64,000 nt of DNA from positions 75,800 to 139,799 of the forward strand of contig JAOAET010000051.1 in NCBI GenBank assembly GCA_026416665.1. The letters run 5' to 3'. Within the stretch, counting starts at the first letter, position 1, and the number at the start of each line of letters is the position of its first letter. The notes beneath the pieces are model-generated. The model was not told where the DNA came from. It ran no database searches and saw only the letters and a list, made by a program, of their open reading frames with translations. Source of the DNA: Candidatus Omnitrophota bacterium (GTDB lineage Bacteria > Omnitrophota > Gorgyraeia > Gygaellales > Profunditerraquicolaceae). Positions 32,532-43,029 of the stretch are shown here, piece after piece. Position numbers and translations under genes: made by a program.

Positions 32532-33650
32532 TTAGAATAATTCCTGTTGTTTCTCATTGCTAACCAAACCCAAGTGTTCATAAGCCAGTTTAGTAACGGT
32601 GCGACCACGAGAAGTGCGTTTAAGATAACCTGCTTTAAGTAAATAAGGCTCTATTACATCAACAATAGTATCTTCTTCTTCATTAAGTGACGCTGCTAAT
32701 GATTCTATACCCACAGGTCCTCCATCAAATACCTCAATAATTGTGCGTAGCACTTTCCTGTCCATTTCATCTAAACCTGCCTGATCAATGCGTAATTCAT
32801 CTAAACTACGACAGGCAATAGAAAAAGTAATTGTTAAGCTATTAGCTACTTGGGCATAGTCCCTTACCCTGCGAAGCAATCGATTGGCAATACGTGGAGT
32901 TCCCCTTGAACGTCGAGCAATTTCTTCCGCTGCCTTCTCTTCGATAGCGATATTTAAAAGCTTTGCAGAACGTTTTACTATTTGGGTTAAGTCATCAACT
33001 TCATAAAAATCTAAATGGTGAAAAATACCAAAACGGCTACGTAAAGGTGAAGAAAGAAGTCCGCTACGAGTAGTTGCTCCTACTAAAGTGAAAGGCTTCA
33101 GCCGAAATTTAATTGTCTTGGCATAAGGTCCTTTATCAATAACAAAATCAATCTCAGAGTTTTCCATTGCTGGATAAATAAACTCTTCTACTACTTTAGG
33201 AAGACGATGAATTTCGTCAATAAATAAAATATCTCCTTTCTCAAGATTAGTAAGTATCCCTATAAGGTCACCGGCTCGTTCAATAGCCGGGCCAGAAGTA
33301 GCGGTAATCTTAGCATGCATCTCATGGGCAATAATATGGGCAAGACAAGTTTTCCCCAACCCTGGCGGACCAGATAATAAAATATGCTCTAAAGGTTCCT
33401 TCCTCTGTCGTGCAGCAGCAAGACAAATCTTTAAGTTAGCAATCACATCCTTCTGTCCTATAAACTCAGAAAGTTTAGTAGGACGGAGAGAAAGATTCAG
33501 GACCGCATCTTCTTCTGTCTCTTGACCACGGCTAAGCAAAGAGATAGACTCTGGAATTGGATTAGTTGAAGTAATCTGCTTGTCAATAAATTCAAAAGAG
33601 GTTGCGGATTTTTTCCCTTTCTTATTCTGCTGATAGTTCTGGGCGTTCAT
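32532..33650 (-). CDS. ruvB: Holliday junction branch migration helicase RuvB
   Basis: GPPGLGKT, FIDEIHRL, GATTR, RGTPRIANRLLRRVRD. Confidence 0.97.
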   Translation of the reverse strand: MNAQNYQQNKKGKKSATSFEFIDKQITSTNPIPESISLLSRGQETEEDAVLNLSLRPTKLSEFIGQKDVIANLKICLAAARQRKEPLEHILLSGPPGLGKTCLAHIIAHEMHAKITATSGPAIERAGDLIGILTNLEKGDILFIDEIHRLPKVVEEFIYPAMENSEIDFVIDKGPYAKTIKFRLKPFTLVGATTRSGLLSSPLRSRFGIFHHLDFYEVDDLTQIVKRSAKLLNIAIEEKAAEEIARRSRGTPRIANRLLRRVRDYAQVANSLTITFSIACRSLDELRIDQAGLDEMDRKVLRTIIEVFDGGPVGIESLAASLNEEEDTIVDVIEPYLLKAGYLKRTSRGRTVTKLAYEHLGLVSNEKQQELF

Positions 33651-34392
33651 TCTCAGGAACTATGTTGTTACGGTTACGAATAATCTCGATTTCACCAAAT
33701 AACTGTTTCTGCACAGCAACAATCTCTTTCTGTCGAATAAGTTCTAAAATTGCTAAGAATGTAACAATCATCTCTGCTTTATTTTTCGCAGTTGAAAAAA
33801 GTGAGCTTAAAAAAATTGTCTCTTGAATAAGCAAAAGATGCAGAATATCATGAACTTTTTCCTCAATAGTAAATTCGTCTTTTACTACATTATAAAATAA
33901 ATCCTTTGGTGTCTGTTCCATTGCCTTAGAAAAGGCACTAATTAAATCAAAAATACTCGCTTCGAAATACACTGGTGCTTCTTCAACAACTGTATCTTCA
34001 GTTACCTGCAAAGTAGCCTTCGGACGTTTAAATACTTCTTTTTGAGCTTGCTCCCGCTGGCGTAGTTCCTGTGCAATCTGTTTAAATCGTTCATATTCTA
34101 ACAACTGCTGCACCAGCTCTGCTCTGGGGTCAACTATTTCTTGCTCAGCTGTTTGTTCTTCCTGAGCAGGCAATAGCATCTTAGACTTTATTTGCATTAA
34201 GGTGGCGGCCATCACTAAAAATTCTCCTGCTATAGCAAGGTCTAAAATCTTCATCAACTCTAAATATTCAAGATACTGTCTAGTTACCTCAGCAATAGGT
34301 ATATCATAGATATTCAGATGGTCTTTTTTGACTAGATACAATAAAAGGTCTAAAGGCCCTTCAAAAATCTGCAATCTTATTTTGTAACTCAT
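33622..34392 (-). CDS. scpA: Segregation/condensation protein A (kleisin)
   Basis: FEGPLDLLL, FLVMAATL..IKS, FLAILEL. Confidence 0.95.
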   Translation of the reverse strand: MSYKIRLQIFEGPLDLLLYLVKKDHLNIYDIPIAEVTRQYLEYLELMKILDLAIAGEFLVMAATLMQIKSKMLLPAQEEQTAEQEIVDPRAELVQQLLEYERFKQIAQELRQREQAQKEVFKRPKATLQVTEDTVVEEAPVYFEASIFDLISAFSKAMEQTPKDLFYNVVKDEFTIEEKVHDILHLLLIQETIFLSSLFSTAKNKAEMIVTFLAILELIRQKEIVAVQKQLFGEIEIIRNRNNIVPENERPELSAE

Positions 34393-35372
34393 ATCTTCAT
34401 TGCCTGTCGCACTTCCTGAAGTGTCTTCTCAGCAACTGCTTCTGCACGCTGTCTTCCTTCTTTTAATATTAATTTAATTTCTTCTTGTTGGTTAAGAAAC
34501 TGTCTTCTACGAATCCAGATTGGTTTTAACCTTTCAATAATCCTGTCTGCAAGCATCTTCTTACAATCTATACAACCAATATCAGCACTCTGACAGGATT
34601 CAGCTATCTGTTTTTGTCTATCTTGTGCAAAGATGGTGTAATAAGAAAAAACATTGCAAACTTCGGGATGCCCTTTATCTGTTCGTTTAATCCGTTGAGG
34701 ATCCGTAATCATTACAGAGACTTTTCTGTAAATCTCCTCTTCTGTATCTGAAAGATTAATAGTGTTGTTATAACTCTTACTCATTTTTCTACCATCTACC
34801 CCTACTAAACGAGCTACCTTCGTAAGTAAAGCATCTGGTTGAGGAAATACCTCTGTTTTGTACAAAGTATGAAAACGTCTAACAATCTCCCGCGTAAGTT
34901 CAAGATGGGGCAATTGATCTTCACCTACAGGAACTACTTCTGCTTTGTAAGCAAGGATGTCCGCTGCCTGTAGTACTGGGTATCCTAAAAAACCATAGGT
35001 ATTAAGATCTCTTGTTTCAACTTGTCGTAATTGCTCTTTATAGGTAGGACAACGTTCTAACCAACCTAATGGTACAAAACAAGAAAATATCATAAATAAA
35101 TCAAGATGGGCCCTAACTTCTGACTGAACAAAAACTGTAGATTTTTTCGGGTCAATTCCACAAGCTAACCAATCAACTACATTATCAATGGAATATTCGT
35201 TAATAACACTGGGTTCTTCATACTCGCTCATTAAGGCATGCCAATCCGCTACCATAAAGTAACAATCATATTCTTGCTGTAGAGAAACCCAGTTATCTAA
35301 TGTTCCTACTAAATGTCCAAGGTGCAACCTACCTGTTGGCCGCATGCCACTTAAAATTCTTTTCTTCTTCAT
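34389..35372 (-). CDS. trpS: Tryptophanyl-tRNA synthetase
   Basis: HLGH, YPVLQAADI, KMSKS. Confidence 0.97.
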   Translation of the reverse strand: MKKKRILSGMRPTGRLHLGHLVGTLDNWVSLQQEYDCYFMVADWHALMSEYEEPSVINEYSIDNVVDWLACGIDPKKSTVFVQSEVRAHLDLFMIFSCFVPLGWLERCPTYKEQLRQVETRDLNTYGFLGYPVLQAADILAYKAEVVPVGEDQLPHLELTREIVRRFHTLYKTEVFPQPDALLTKVARLVGVDGRKMSKSYNNTINLSDTEEEIYRKVSVMITDPQRIKRTDKGHPEVCNVFSYYTIFAQDRQKQIAESCQSADIGCIDCKKMLADRIIERLKPIWIRRRQFLNQQEEIKLILKEGRQRAEAVAEKTLQEVRQAMKI

Positions 35373-35403
35373 CGTTTAATTAAAATTTCTACAAAGAAGT
35401 TAT

Positions 35404-37866
35404 CTATAATGTCCGAGCTATTTTCTGAATGGTGAAGGCTTCAATAGTATCTCCCTCAAGAATCTCCTGGAAATTTTTTAGTGTAATTCCACACTCAAAA
35501 CCTTCTTCTACTTCACGAACATCGTCTTTAAAGCGCTTAAGATTAGCTATCTCGCCTTCAAAAATAACTGTACCGTTACGCACTACAGTTATTTGTGCAC
35601 TCCGCATAATCTTGCCTTTTACAACATAACAACCAGCAACATTACCTGAGGAAAGCTTAAAGACCTTACGAACTTCTGCCCGTCCCAAAAATACCTTCTT
35701 TAACTTAGGAGCAAGCATACCTTCTAATGCCTGACGTATCTGGTTAACTAGCTCATAAATAACATTGTAGATACGAACATCAACCCCTTCTTTGTCTACC
35801 AAGGGTTTTGCCTGTTCATCAACTACGACATTAAATCCTAAAACTAAGGCGTTAGAAGCGACAGCTAAGATTACATCTGAGGCATTTACGTTGCCAATAC
35901 CCTCGTGAATAATTACCAATTTAACTTCTTCATCCGGAATCTTCTTAAGAGCCTCTTTTATTGCTTCAATAGAACCTTGGGCATCTGCTTTTAAAATAAT
36001 GTTTAGTTCTTTAATCTTCCCGGATTTGACCTGTGAATAAAGGTCATCTAAACTCATTCTTTTTACTGGCTGCATCTGACGCAGACGCTGTTTCTCTATA
36101 CGTTTTTGAACAATCTCCTTTGCCAATTTCTCATCTTTTACCACAAAAAATTGTTCTCCTGCCTCAGGCACGCCCGATAGACCTAAAACCTCTACTGGCT
36201 CAGAAGGTCCAGCCTTTGAAACCTGTTTTCCATGGTCATTAAACATTGCGCGTATCTTTCCAAAAACAGAGCCTGCTACAATATAGTCATTAATATATAA
36301 GGTGCCATTTTGTACTAAAAAGGTAGCAACTGGTCCTTTGTTCTTTACTAACTTCGCCTCAAGGACAACTCCCCGTGCAGCCCTATTGGGATTTGCCTTT
36401 AGTTCTAATAACTCTGCCTCTAAGAGAATCATTTCTAAAAGTTCATCTATTCCTTGGTGAGTCTTAGCAGATACCGGTACCATTACTGTTTTCCCACCCC
36501 AATCCTCTGCCACCAGGCCTAAACTTGCCAGCTGTTTCTTAACACGATTTATATCTGCTTCTGGCTTGTCAATTTTGTTTATAGCAACTACAATGGTAAC
36601 TGCTGCTGCCTTAGCGTGGTCAATTGCCTCTTGTGTTTGAGGCATTACCCCATCATCCGCAGCAACTACTATTACAACTATATCCGTTACCTTAGCTCCC
36701 CGGGCGCGCATAGCAGTAAAGGCCTCATGCCCAGGAGTATCTAAAAAAGTAATCTCGCCTTTAGGAAGTTTAACTCTATAAGCACCAATATGCTGAGTTA
36801 TTCCACCAAATTCTGAATCAGCAACCTTTGTTTGACGAATAGCATCAAGTAGTGATGTTTTTCCATGGTCAACATGCCCCATAAATGTAACAATGGGCCA
36901 ACGCGGTTTAAGGTCCTTCGGGTCATCAGCACGCATATGCTCCATAATAAGCTGTTCTTCTTCCTCGGGCTTAGCTACTGGCCGATAACCATAACGTGCA
37001 CAAACCTCTGCTACTGCCTTTTCAGAAAGCGCTTGATTGATTGGCACCATTATTCCCATATCTATAAGTAACTTAATGATAACCGATGGTTTCTCCTGTA
37101 AGCGGACGCTTAAGTCCTTAACAGTTACTGGATACTCAACAATAAGCTCTTTCAATTCTGTGGTGGAAGAAGGTGCTTGTATTTGCGGATGAGAAGATTG
37201 TGCAAAAAGTTGTTCTGACGCTATTTCCTCTTTGATAGGACTAATCTGTTGCTTCTCCTTAAGAACACTGCTTACTTTATCTTCTTTCAATGAGTTTAAG
37301 CTTTGCTCGGAGACTTCTTCTGGTTTCTCTTTCGTAGGGGCTATTGTTTCTTCAACCAATACATTTTCGCTAGATTCCTTAGAAGAGGTTATTAGCTGTT
37401 CTATCTGTTGTGCTTCGGTTCTTTGGTCTTTCTGTAATATTCTTTCAGATTGTCCTTCAAACTGAGTAGCAGAAGAAACCGAAGTTTTCTGAACGGTCTT
37501 CTCCTCTATTAAAGTATCCGGCATTTTCTCTGTTATTGCCAAATCTGCAATTTTCTGTTTTTCATTATCCGCTGTCTGTTCCAGTAATTTCTTTTTAGGT
37601 ACTTTTTTTGAAGTTAATAAGCCAGCTGAATCATAACTTTTCTCTTCTTTTATTATCTTTTCCTCTTTTTGTTTCAGAGTCTTTCTTTTTTTTGGTATAA
37701 CTGACGACCTTGATTTAGTCTGTCTCTTCTCTAACGAAGATTGCTTAGAAACTTGCTCAACGGCTTTTTCTTTAACAGTAGTCCCCTTTGTTTTTGCAGT
37801 ACGAGACTGTTTCTTCTCTGATATCTGTTTTTTTTCTTTTTTCTCTGCCTGTTTATTTTTTTCCAT
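35404..37866 (-). CDS. infB: Translation initiation factor IF-2
   Basis: [17 protein letters not shown]; long K/E/S/Q-rich N-terminus. Confidence 0.97.
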   Translation of the reverse strand: MEKNKQAEKKEKKQISEKKQSRTAKTKGTTVKEKAVEQVSKQSSLEKRQTKSRSSVIPKKRKTLKQKEEKIIKEEKSYDSAGLLTSKKVPKKKLLEQTADNEKQKIADLAITEKMPDTLIEEKTVQKTSVSSATQFEGQSERILQKDQRTEAQQIEQLITSSKESSENVLVEETIAPTKEKPEEVSEQSLNSLKEDKVSSVLKEKQQISPIKEEIASEQLFAQSSHPQIQAPSSTTELKELIVEYPVTVKDLSVRLQEKPSVIIKLLIDMGIMVPINQALSEKAVAEVCARYGYRPVAKPEEEEQLIMEHMRADDPKDLKPRWPIVTFMGHVDHGKTSLLDAIRQTKVADSEFGGITQHIGAYRVKLPKGEITFLDTPGHEAFTAMRARGAKVTDIVVIVVAADDGVMPQTQEAIDHAKAAAVTIVVAINKIDKPEADINRVKKQLASLGLVAEDWGGKTVMVPVSAKTHQGIDELLEMILLEAELLELKANPNRAARGVVLEAKLVKNKGPVATFLVQNGTLYINDYIVAGSVFGKIRAMFNDHGKQVSKAGPSEPVEVLGLSGVPEAGEQFFVVKDEKLAKEIVQKRIEKQRLRQMQPVKRMSLDDLYSQVKSGKIKELNIILKADAQGSIEAIKEALKKIPDEEVKLVIIHEGIGNVNASDVILAVASNALVLGFNVVVDEQAKPLVDKEGVDVRIYNVIYELVNQIRQALEGMLAPKLKKVFLGRAEVRKVFKLSSGNVAGCYVVKGKIMRSAQITVVRNGTVIFEGEIANLKRFKDDVREVEEGFECGITLKNFQEILEGDTIEAFTIQKIARTL

Positions 37867-37872
37867 ATACAC

Positions 37873-39114
37873 CTACGACTTTCCTAAAAGTTTTTTTGCC
37901 TGAGCAATAATCTTTTTAGCCTTAGTCTCTGCAATACCTTTTACTGAAGTTAAAGCATTTATATCAGCTGTGGCTATATCCTGAAGCGTCTTAAAACCTG
38001 CTGTCTCCAAGTTCTGAAGTATCTTTTTCCCAATCCCCTCAAGACTATCTATTGTTAATTGGGCGGCCTTCTCTGTTAAGGCAGTTTCTTCTACCTTTAA
38101 TTCCTGCTTACTTTCCTCTTCGGATACACCTGGGGTCTGCTGTTGCATCTTTTTTTGCATAGCCTCTTGTTCTGCCATTGCACGGGTCCGTACATCTAAT
38201 TCCCAACCCACTAATTTAGAAGCAAGCCGAACATTCTGACCGTGTTTTCCAATAGCTAAAGATAGTTGATCATCAGCTACAATTACCTCAGCATGTTTAT
38301 TTGCTTTATCTAAACGAATTTCACTTACCTGGGCAGGTAAAAGAGCTGCTTTTATGTATTCCTTAATATCATCATTATATCTTACAATATCAATTTTTTC
38401 GCCTGAGAGTTCATTAACTATATTCTTAACTCTTCCACCACGCATCCCTACACAGGCACCCACAGAGTCTACTTTATCATCCCGAGACCATACTGCTATT
38501 TTGGTTCGTTCTCCAGGTTGACGCGAGATAGACTTAATCTCTACTGTTTTATCAAAGATTTCAGGCACCTCTAATTCAAAAAGTTTCTTTACAAAATTAG
38601 GATGTTTACGGCTCAAAATAATCTGGGGTCCGCGATTCTCCTTTTTTACTTCCAGAATAATTGCCCGTATCCGTTGTCCTTGCCGCACTTGCTCCCCAGG
38701 TATTTGTTCACTTTTTGGTAAAAGACCTTCTGCCTTACCCAATAGATCTATGATAATGTTGTTTTTTTCAAAACGGTAAACTGTTCCCGAGACTAGTTCA
38801 CCAACCTTACCTTGGAATTCATCATAAACTACTTCTTTCTCTGCCTCTCTAATCCTCTGGATAATTACCTGACGGGCAGCAGAAGCAGCAATCCGTCCAA
38901 AGTCAACATTGGTTATCTGTTCATTATTACGAAAAGCAGTAATCTTCCCTGTCTCAGGATCAAGTTTAACCTCTAAGCGCTCATTGGGCTTTACGTCCAC
39001 AACCCTTTTTACTGCACTCAGCAGAGCACTTTCTACCGCCTTAACGAGAACGTCCTTTTTTATTCCTTTTTCTCTTTCTATCTGTTCGATAATCGCAATT
39101 AGTTCCTTACTCAT
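37873..39114 (-). CDS. nusA: Transcription termination factor NusA
   Basis: FGRIAA, S1/KH domains, AIGKHGQNVRLA, C-terminal HhH. Confidence 0.97.
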   Translation of the reverse strand: MSKELIAIIEQIEREKGIKKDVLVKAVESALLSAVKRVVDVKPNERLEVKLDPETGKITAFRNNEQITNVDFGRIAASAARQVIIQRIREAEKEVVYDEFQGKVGELVSGTVYRFEKNNIIIDLLGKAEGLLPKSEQIPGEQVRQGQRIRAIILEVKKENRGPQIILSRKHPNFVKKLFELEVPEIFDKTVEIKSISRQPGERTKIAVWSRDDKVDSVGACVGMRGGRVKNIVNELSGEKIDIVRYNDDIKEYIKAALLPAQVSEIRLDKANKHAEVIVADDQLSLAIGKHGQNVRLASKLVGWELDVRTRAMAEQEAMQKKMQQQTPGVSEEESKQELKVEETALTEKAAQLTIDSLEGIGKKILQNLETAGFKTLQDIATADINALTSVKGIAETKAKKIIAQAKKLLGKS

Positions 39115-39129
39115 ATTACTCCTCTTTGG

Positions 39130-39585
39130 TTACAACTGTTGCTGTGCCTTTAGAATCTGACTATATGTTATACGCCTTATACCTTCCTTGGTTAGAACAT
39201 CAACAGCATCGTCAAATACTTCCTGGATAATCCCACAATATTCTATTTTATCATTAATTGGCTGACTCAAAAAGAATTTTACTTGCCGATTTATACAACG
39301 AAGAAAATCCTCTTTTTTAAATAAAGGTCTATCTATCCCTGGTGAATTTACTTCCAAGATATAAGACCCAGACATTACATCTTCCATATCAAATAAATCA
39401 CCTAAAGAACGATTAAGCTGGGCACATTCAGCAAGGGTAATACCTCCTGTAGGTTTATCAGTGAGAATAACTACGATGTGCTGGTTGCCTTGCTTACGAA
39501 CTGACAAATCTACCAATAACAAGCCTTTTCTCTCTAGAAAAGGCTTCACCAATGATTCTAGTTTATTTGCCAATTCATCTTTCAT
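39130..39585 (-). CDS. rimP: Ribosome maturation factor RimP
   Basis: LEVNSPGIDRPL; start moved to ATG 39585 with SD AAGGAGG. Confidence 0.92.
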   Translation of the reverse strand: MKDELANKLESLVKPFLERKGLLLVDLSVRKQGNQHIVVILTDKPTGGITLAECAQLNRSLGDLFDMEDVMSGSYILEVNSPGIDRPLFKKEDFLRCINRQVKFFLSQPINDKIEYCGIIQEVFDDAVDVLTKEGIRRITYSQILKAQQQL

Positions 39586-40828
39586 AAATGGCCTCCTTAA
39601 TCTTTGAAAAAATAACAGAATCATCAGCGCTTATCTTTGTGTTTGTCTTTCGCTGTTTTAGTTCTAACAACCCTTCTTCTTGAACAGCCTTACCTAAAAT
39701 TAACTGCAGAGGCACTCCAATAAGGTCTGCATCTTTGAATTTAACACCTGCACGTTCATTACGGTCATCCATAAGCACGGGGATATCTTCCTGACTTAAT
39801 TTCTGATAAAGCACAGAGGCTTTCTCCATTATTGAGGAATTAGTTACATCTAAAGGTATAATAATAACTTTAAAAGGCGCTACTTCTATAGGCCAAATAA
39901 TACCATTCTCATCACGATTTTGTTCAATAATAGTAGCAATCAGTCGCGATACGCCAATACCATAACAACCCATAATAATAGGTTTTAATCTTCCTTGTTC
40001 GTCCTGAAAATATGCTTCTAGTGCCTGACTATACTTTGTCCCCAATTTAAAGATATGTCCGATTTCAATAGTATTTATTTTTTGCATATTTGTATTGCAA
40101 ACAGAACACTGCTTGGTATCTGTATCTTTAAAAGGTGCGGTCTTTGCACAGTTGGGACACAGCCATACTAAATCCTCACCACAAGAAGCTGGCACCATAA
40201 ACTCATGCGATAATGAACCACCCATTATCCCTGAATCCGCCTCTACTGTAAGACACTTCAGCCCTAATCTAGTGAAAATTCGCTCGTATGCTTGATGCAT
40301 AAGACAATAACTTCTATCTAAACCCTCCTCATCAATATCAAAACTATAAGCATCCTTCATAATAAATTCACAAGAACGCACTAACCCAAAACGTGGACGT
40401 ATCTCGTCACGGAACTTAGTCTGAATTTGATACAATATAAGAGGAAGTTGCTTGTAAGATGAAATATGCTGATGCACAAGTTCTGTAATGACTTCTTCAT
40501 GAGTCGGACCAAGACACATTCTTCTTCCACGCCTATCTGTGAATTTAATCATTACCTGACCTAAAAGTTTATCCCTTTCTGTCTTCTGCCATAATTCTAA
40601 AGGCTGAAGTGCAGGCAATAATAATTCATTGGCTCCAGTTTTATCCATTTCCTGACGAATAACCTGCTGTATATTCTCAAGCACCATTAATCCATATGGC
40701 AGATAGGAATAAACCCCTGCTATTAACATTCGCACCAATCCTGCTCTAAGCATCAGTTGGTGGCTAATCGATTCTGCCTCTTGTGGTGTCTCTTTTAGTG
40801 TGGGGATAAAAAACTTACTCCATAACAT
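39575..40828 (-). CDS. proS: Prolyl-tRNA synthetase, short form without INS editing domain
   Basis: GPTHEE, FRDEIRPRFG, EIGHIF, MGCYGIGVSR; 417 aa. Confidence 0.96.
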   Translation of the reverse strand: MLWSKFFIPTLKETPQEAESISHQLMLRAGLVRMLIAGVYSYLPYGLMVLENIQQVIRQEMDKTGANELLLPALQPLELWQKTERDKLLGQVMIKFTDRRGRRMCLGPTHEEVITELVHQHISSYKQLPLILYQIQTKFRDEIRPRFGLVRSCEFIMKDAYSFDIDEEGLDRSYCLMHQAYERIFTRLGLKCLTVEADSGIMGGSLSHEFMVPASCGEDLVWLCPNCAKTAPFKDTDTKQCSVCNTNMQKINTIEIGHIFKLGTKYSQALEAYFQDEQGRLKPIIMGCYGIGVSRLIATIIEQNRDENGIIWPIEVAPFKVIIIPLDVTNSSIMEKASVLYQKLSQEDIPVLMDDRNERAGVKFKDADLIGVPLQLILGKAVQEEGLLELKQRKTNTKISADDSVIFSKIKEAIYER

Positions 40829-40850
40829 AAAATTACTCCTTATTACTTGA

Positions 40851-41936
40851 TTAAAGTCTTGTAAGCTCTCTGATAAGTGAAAAAACTGCGTCTTTGGCTA
40901 AAACTTTATACAGAGGTTTACCTTTCTTGAAGAGCAAACCTTGTGTCTTGCCAAAGGCAAGACCAATATCAGCACAGCTTGCCTCGCCGGGACCATTTAC
41001 TACGCAACCCATCATCGCTACCGTAGAAGATAAAGCATTTTTACTTAACTTTTGCTCTTTTAATTGCTGTTCTAATCTTTTAACCATTTTAATAAGAGGA
41101 ACCCTACTTCTGCCACAAGTAGGACAACTGATTATCTGTGGGCTAAAACGCCGCAGGCCCATTGCCTCTAATAAGGCCCTGGCAGCCTCTATTTCTTTTT
41201 CTGGCTGTTCAGTTAATGATATGCGTAAGGTATCACCTATACCCTGAAATAATAAAATACCCATTGCCACATATGATTTAGCTAAACCTTTCTGGTAGGT
41301 CCCCGTTGCAGTTACTCCCAAATGCAGAGGATAATCACAAATTTCAGCTATCTGCTGATAGGCAGCAACTGTTTCAAAAATGTTTTCTGCCTTTACTGAA
41401 ACCACAAGATTCCTAAAACCAAATCCCTCTATAATTTTTAAGTATTCTTTTGCCTTTTGAACCAGAGCATATCCACGGTTTTTAGTTTTCCCTATCGAAC
41501 CCGAATTAAGCCCCACTCTAATGGGAATACCTGCAAGCTTGGCAGCCGCACAAATTTCGCGAATTTCTGCCTTCCGAAAAATATTGCCAGGATTAAGACG
41601 AATTTTATCTACCCCTGCCTCAATTGCCTCTATAGCCAAAGTCCAATCAAAATGGATATCTGCTACCAAAGGTATATCTATTTGGCGCTTAATCTCTGAT
41701 AATGCCTGTGCATCTTTGTGGTCATTAACTGCCACACGAACAATCTCTGCTCCAGCTCTGGTTAGTCTCTGTATCTGCTCTATTGTCTGGTCAATGTTTT
41801 TAGTAATGGTTTTTGTCATTGACTGAATAGCAATAGGATATTTACCACCAATATACAGCTTCCCAATACGTACAACCCTAGCAGATCTTCTTTTAATATT
41901 ACTTTTGAAAATATCCATAGAACTTTTGATAGACAT
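40851..41936 (-). CDS. ispG: HMBPP synthase
   Basis: QSMT, ADIHF, RLNPGN, SCPTCGR, GCVVNGPGE. Confidence 0.96.
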   Translation of the reverse strand: MSIKSSMDIFKSNIKRRSARVVRIGKLYIGGKYPIAIQSMTKTITKNIDQTIEQIQRLTRAGAEIVRVAVNDHKDAQALSEIKRQIDIPLVADIHFDWTLAIEAIEAGVDKIRLNPGNIFRKAEIREICAAAKLAGIPIRVGLNSGSIGKTKNRGYALVQKAKEYLKIIEGFGFRNLVVSVKAENIFETVAAYQQIAEICDYPLHLGVTATGTYQKGLAKSYVAMGILLFQGIGDTLRISLTEQPEKEIEAARALLEAMGLRRFSPQIISCPTCGRSRVPLIKMVKRLEQQLKEQKLSKNALSSTVAMMGCVVNGPGEASCADIGLAFGKTQGLLFKKGKPLYKVLAKDAVFSLIRELTRL

Positions 41937-43029
41937 CTCCTATTCGCTTAAGCATACCACGATTCACTAAATCATTAAAAGTAATAAGTATAGCCAAGCT
42001 GATAAGTACTGAATACCCGATACGTGCAATTATCTCCTCAGTTCGTTTACTTAAGTATTTACCACGAATCTTCTCTATTCCTAAAAGCAGTATATGCCCC
42101 CCATCCAGTGCAGGAAAAGGTAAAAGATTGAAAATAGCCAGCCCCACACTTACTACTCCTAAAAGCATCAGAAACTCGCTTAATGTGCTTGTAGCAGCAA
42201 ACCAATCAAACATAGCTACAGGGCCGCCTACTGATTGTCTTGCTGAAATTCTGCCAGTTAAAATAAACCACAATGCCTTATAAGTAAGCAGCGTCATCTC
42301 TGTTGTGCGTTTTAAGCTTATCCAGCAGGCAACAAAAGGACTGTAACGAACAAACACACGGTTGTCTTCAGCGGGCTGAGCAGGTATAATTCCAATTCCA
42401 CGAGTTACTATACGCTGACCAAAGATATTTTGTTTTTCTATTGGCAGTAGCTTTACTACTAAACTTTGCTTAAGATTATTTCGAATTAAAGTTATTTTGA
42501 TACTTTCTTTCTTAGCACTATATTTTTTTATTTTCTCGACTAAGGTATCCCAAGAATTTACCTGTTCTGCCTCTACTGCTACAATTTTGTCATTAACTTG
42601 AATTCCTGCCTTCTGGGCACCTAAACCTTCTACTAAACCACCTACTTTTGTTCCTAAAGCTGTGTATCCCCAACTAAACACAAACCAAAAAGCAATTATT
42701 CCAATAAGATAGTTCATTAATGGACCTGCGACTACTACCCAAAAACGCTTATATATGGGCTGAGATAGAAATTCATCGGGTTTATTGCTGGCTTCTTCTA
42801 GATTATCACCTGCCAATTTAACATAACCGCCTAAAGGAATTATTCTTATACAGTATTCTGTGTTCTTTCTTTTACGAGAAAATAATTTCTTGCCAAAACC
42901 TAAAGAAAAAACCTCTACACGAATACCATTATGAACAGCAGCAATAAAATGCCCCCACTCATGCACTAAAATTAAAATAGACAAAGCTACCAGAAATTTT
43001 ATTAACTTTATAAAGAATGCTACCTCCAT
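41899..43029 (-). CDS. rseP: RIP metalloprotease RseP
   Basis: HEWGH, PDZ, NLLPFPALDGG. Confidence 0.95.
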   Translation of the reverse strand: MEVAFFIKLIKFLVALSILILVHEWGHFIAAVHNGIRVEVFSLGFGKKLFSRKRKNTEYCIRIIPLGGYVKLAGDNLEEASNKPDEFLSQPIYKRFWVVVAGPLMNYLIGIIAFWFVFSWGYTALGTKVGGLVEGLGAQKAGIQVNDKIVAVEAEQVNSWDTLVEKIKKYSAKKESIKITLIRNNLKQSLVVKLLPIEKQNIFGQRIVTRGIGIIPAQPAEDNRVFVRYSPFVACWISLKRTTEMTLLTYKALWFILTGRISARQSVGGPVAMFDWFAATSTLSEFLMLLGVVSVGLAIFNLLPFPALDGGHILLLGIEKIRGKYLSKRTEEIIARIGYSVLISLAILITFNDLVNRGMLKRIGDVYQKFYGYFQK

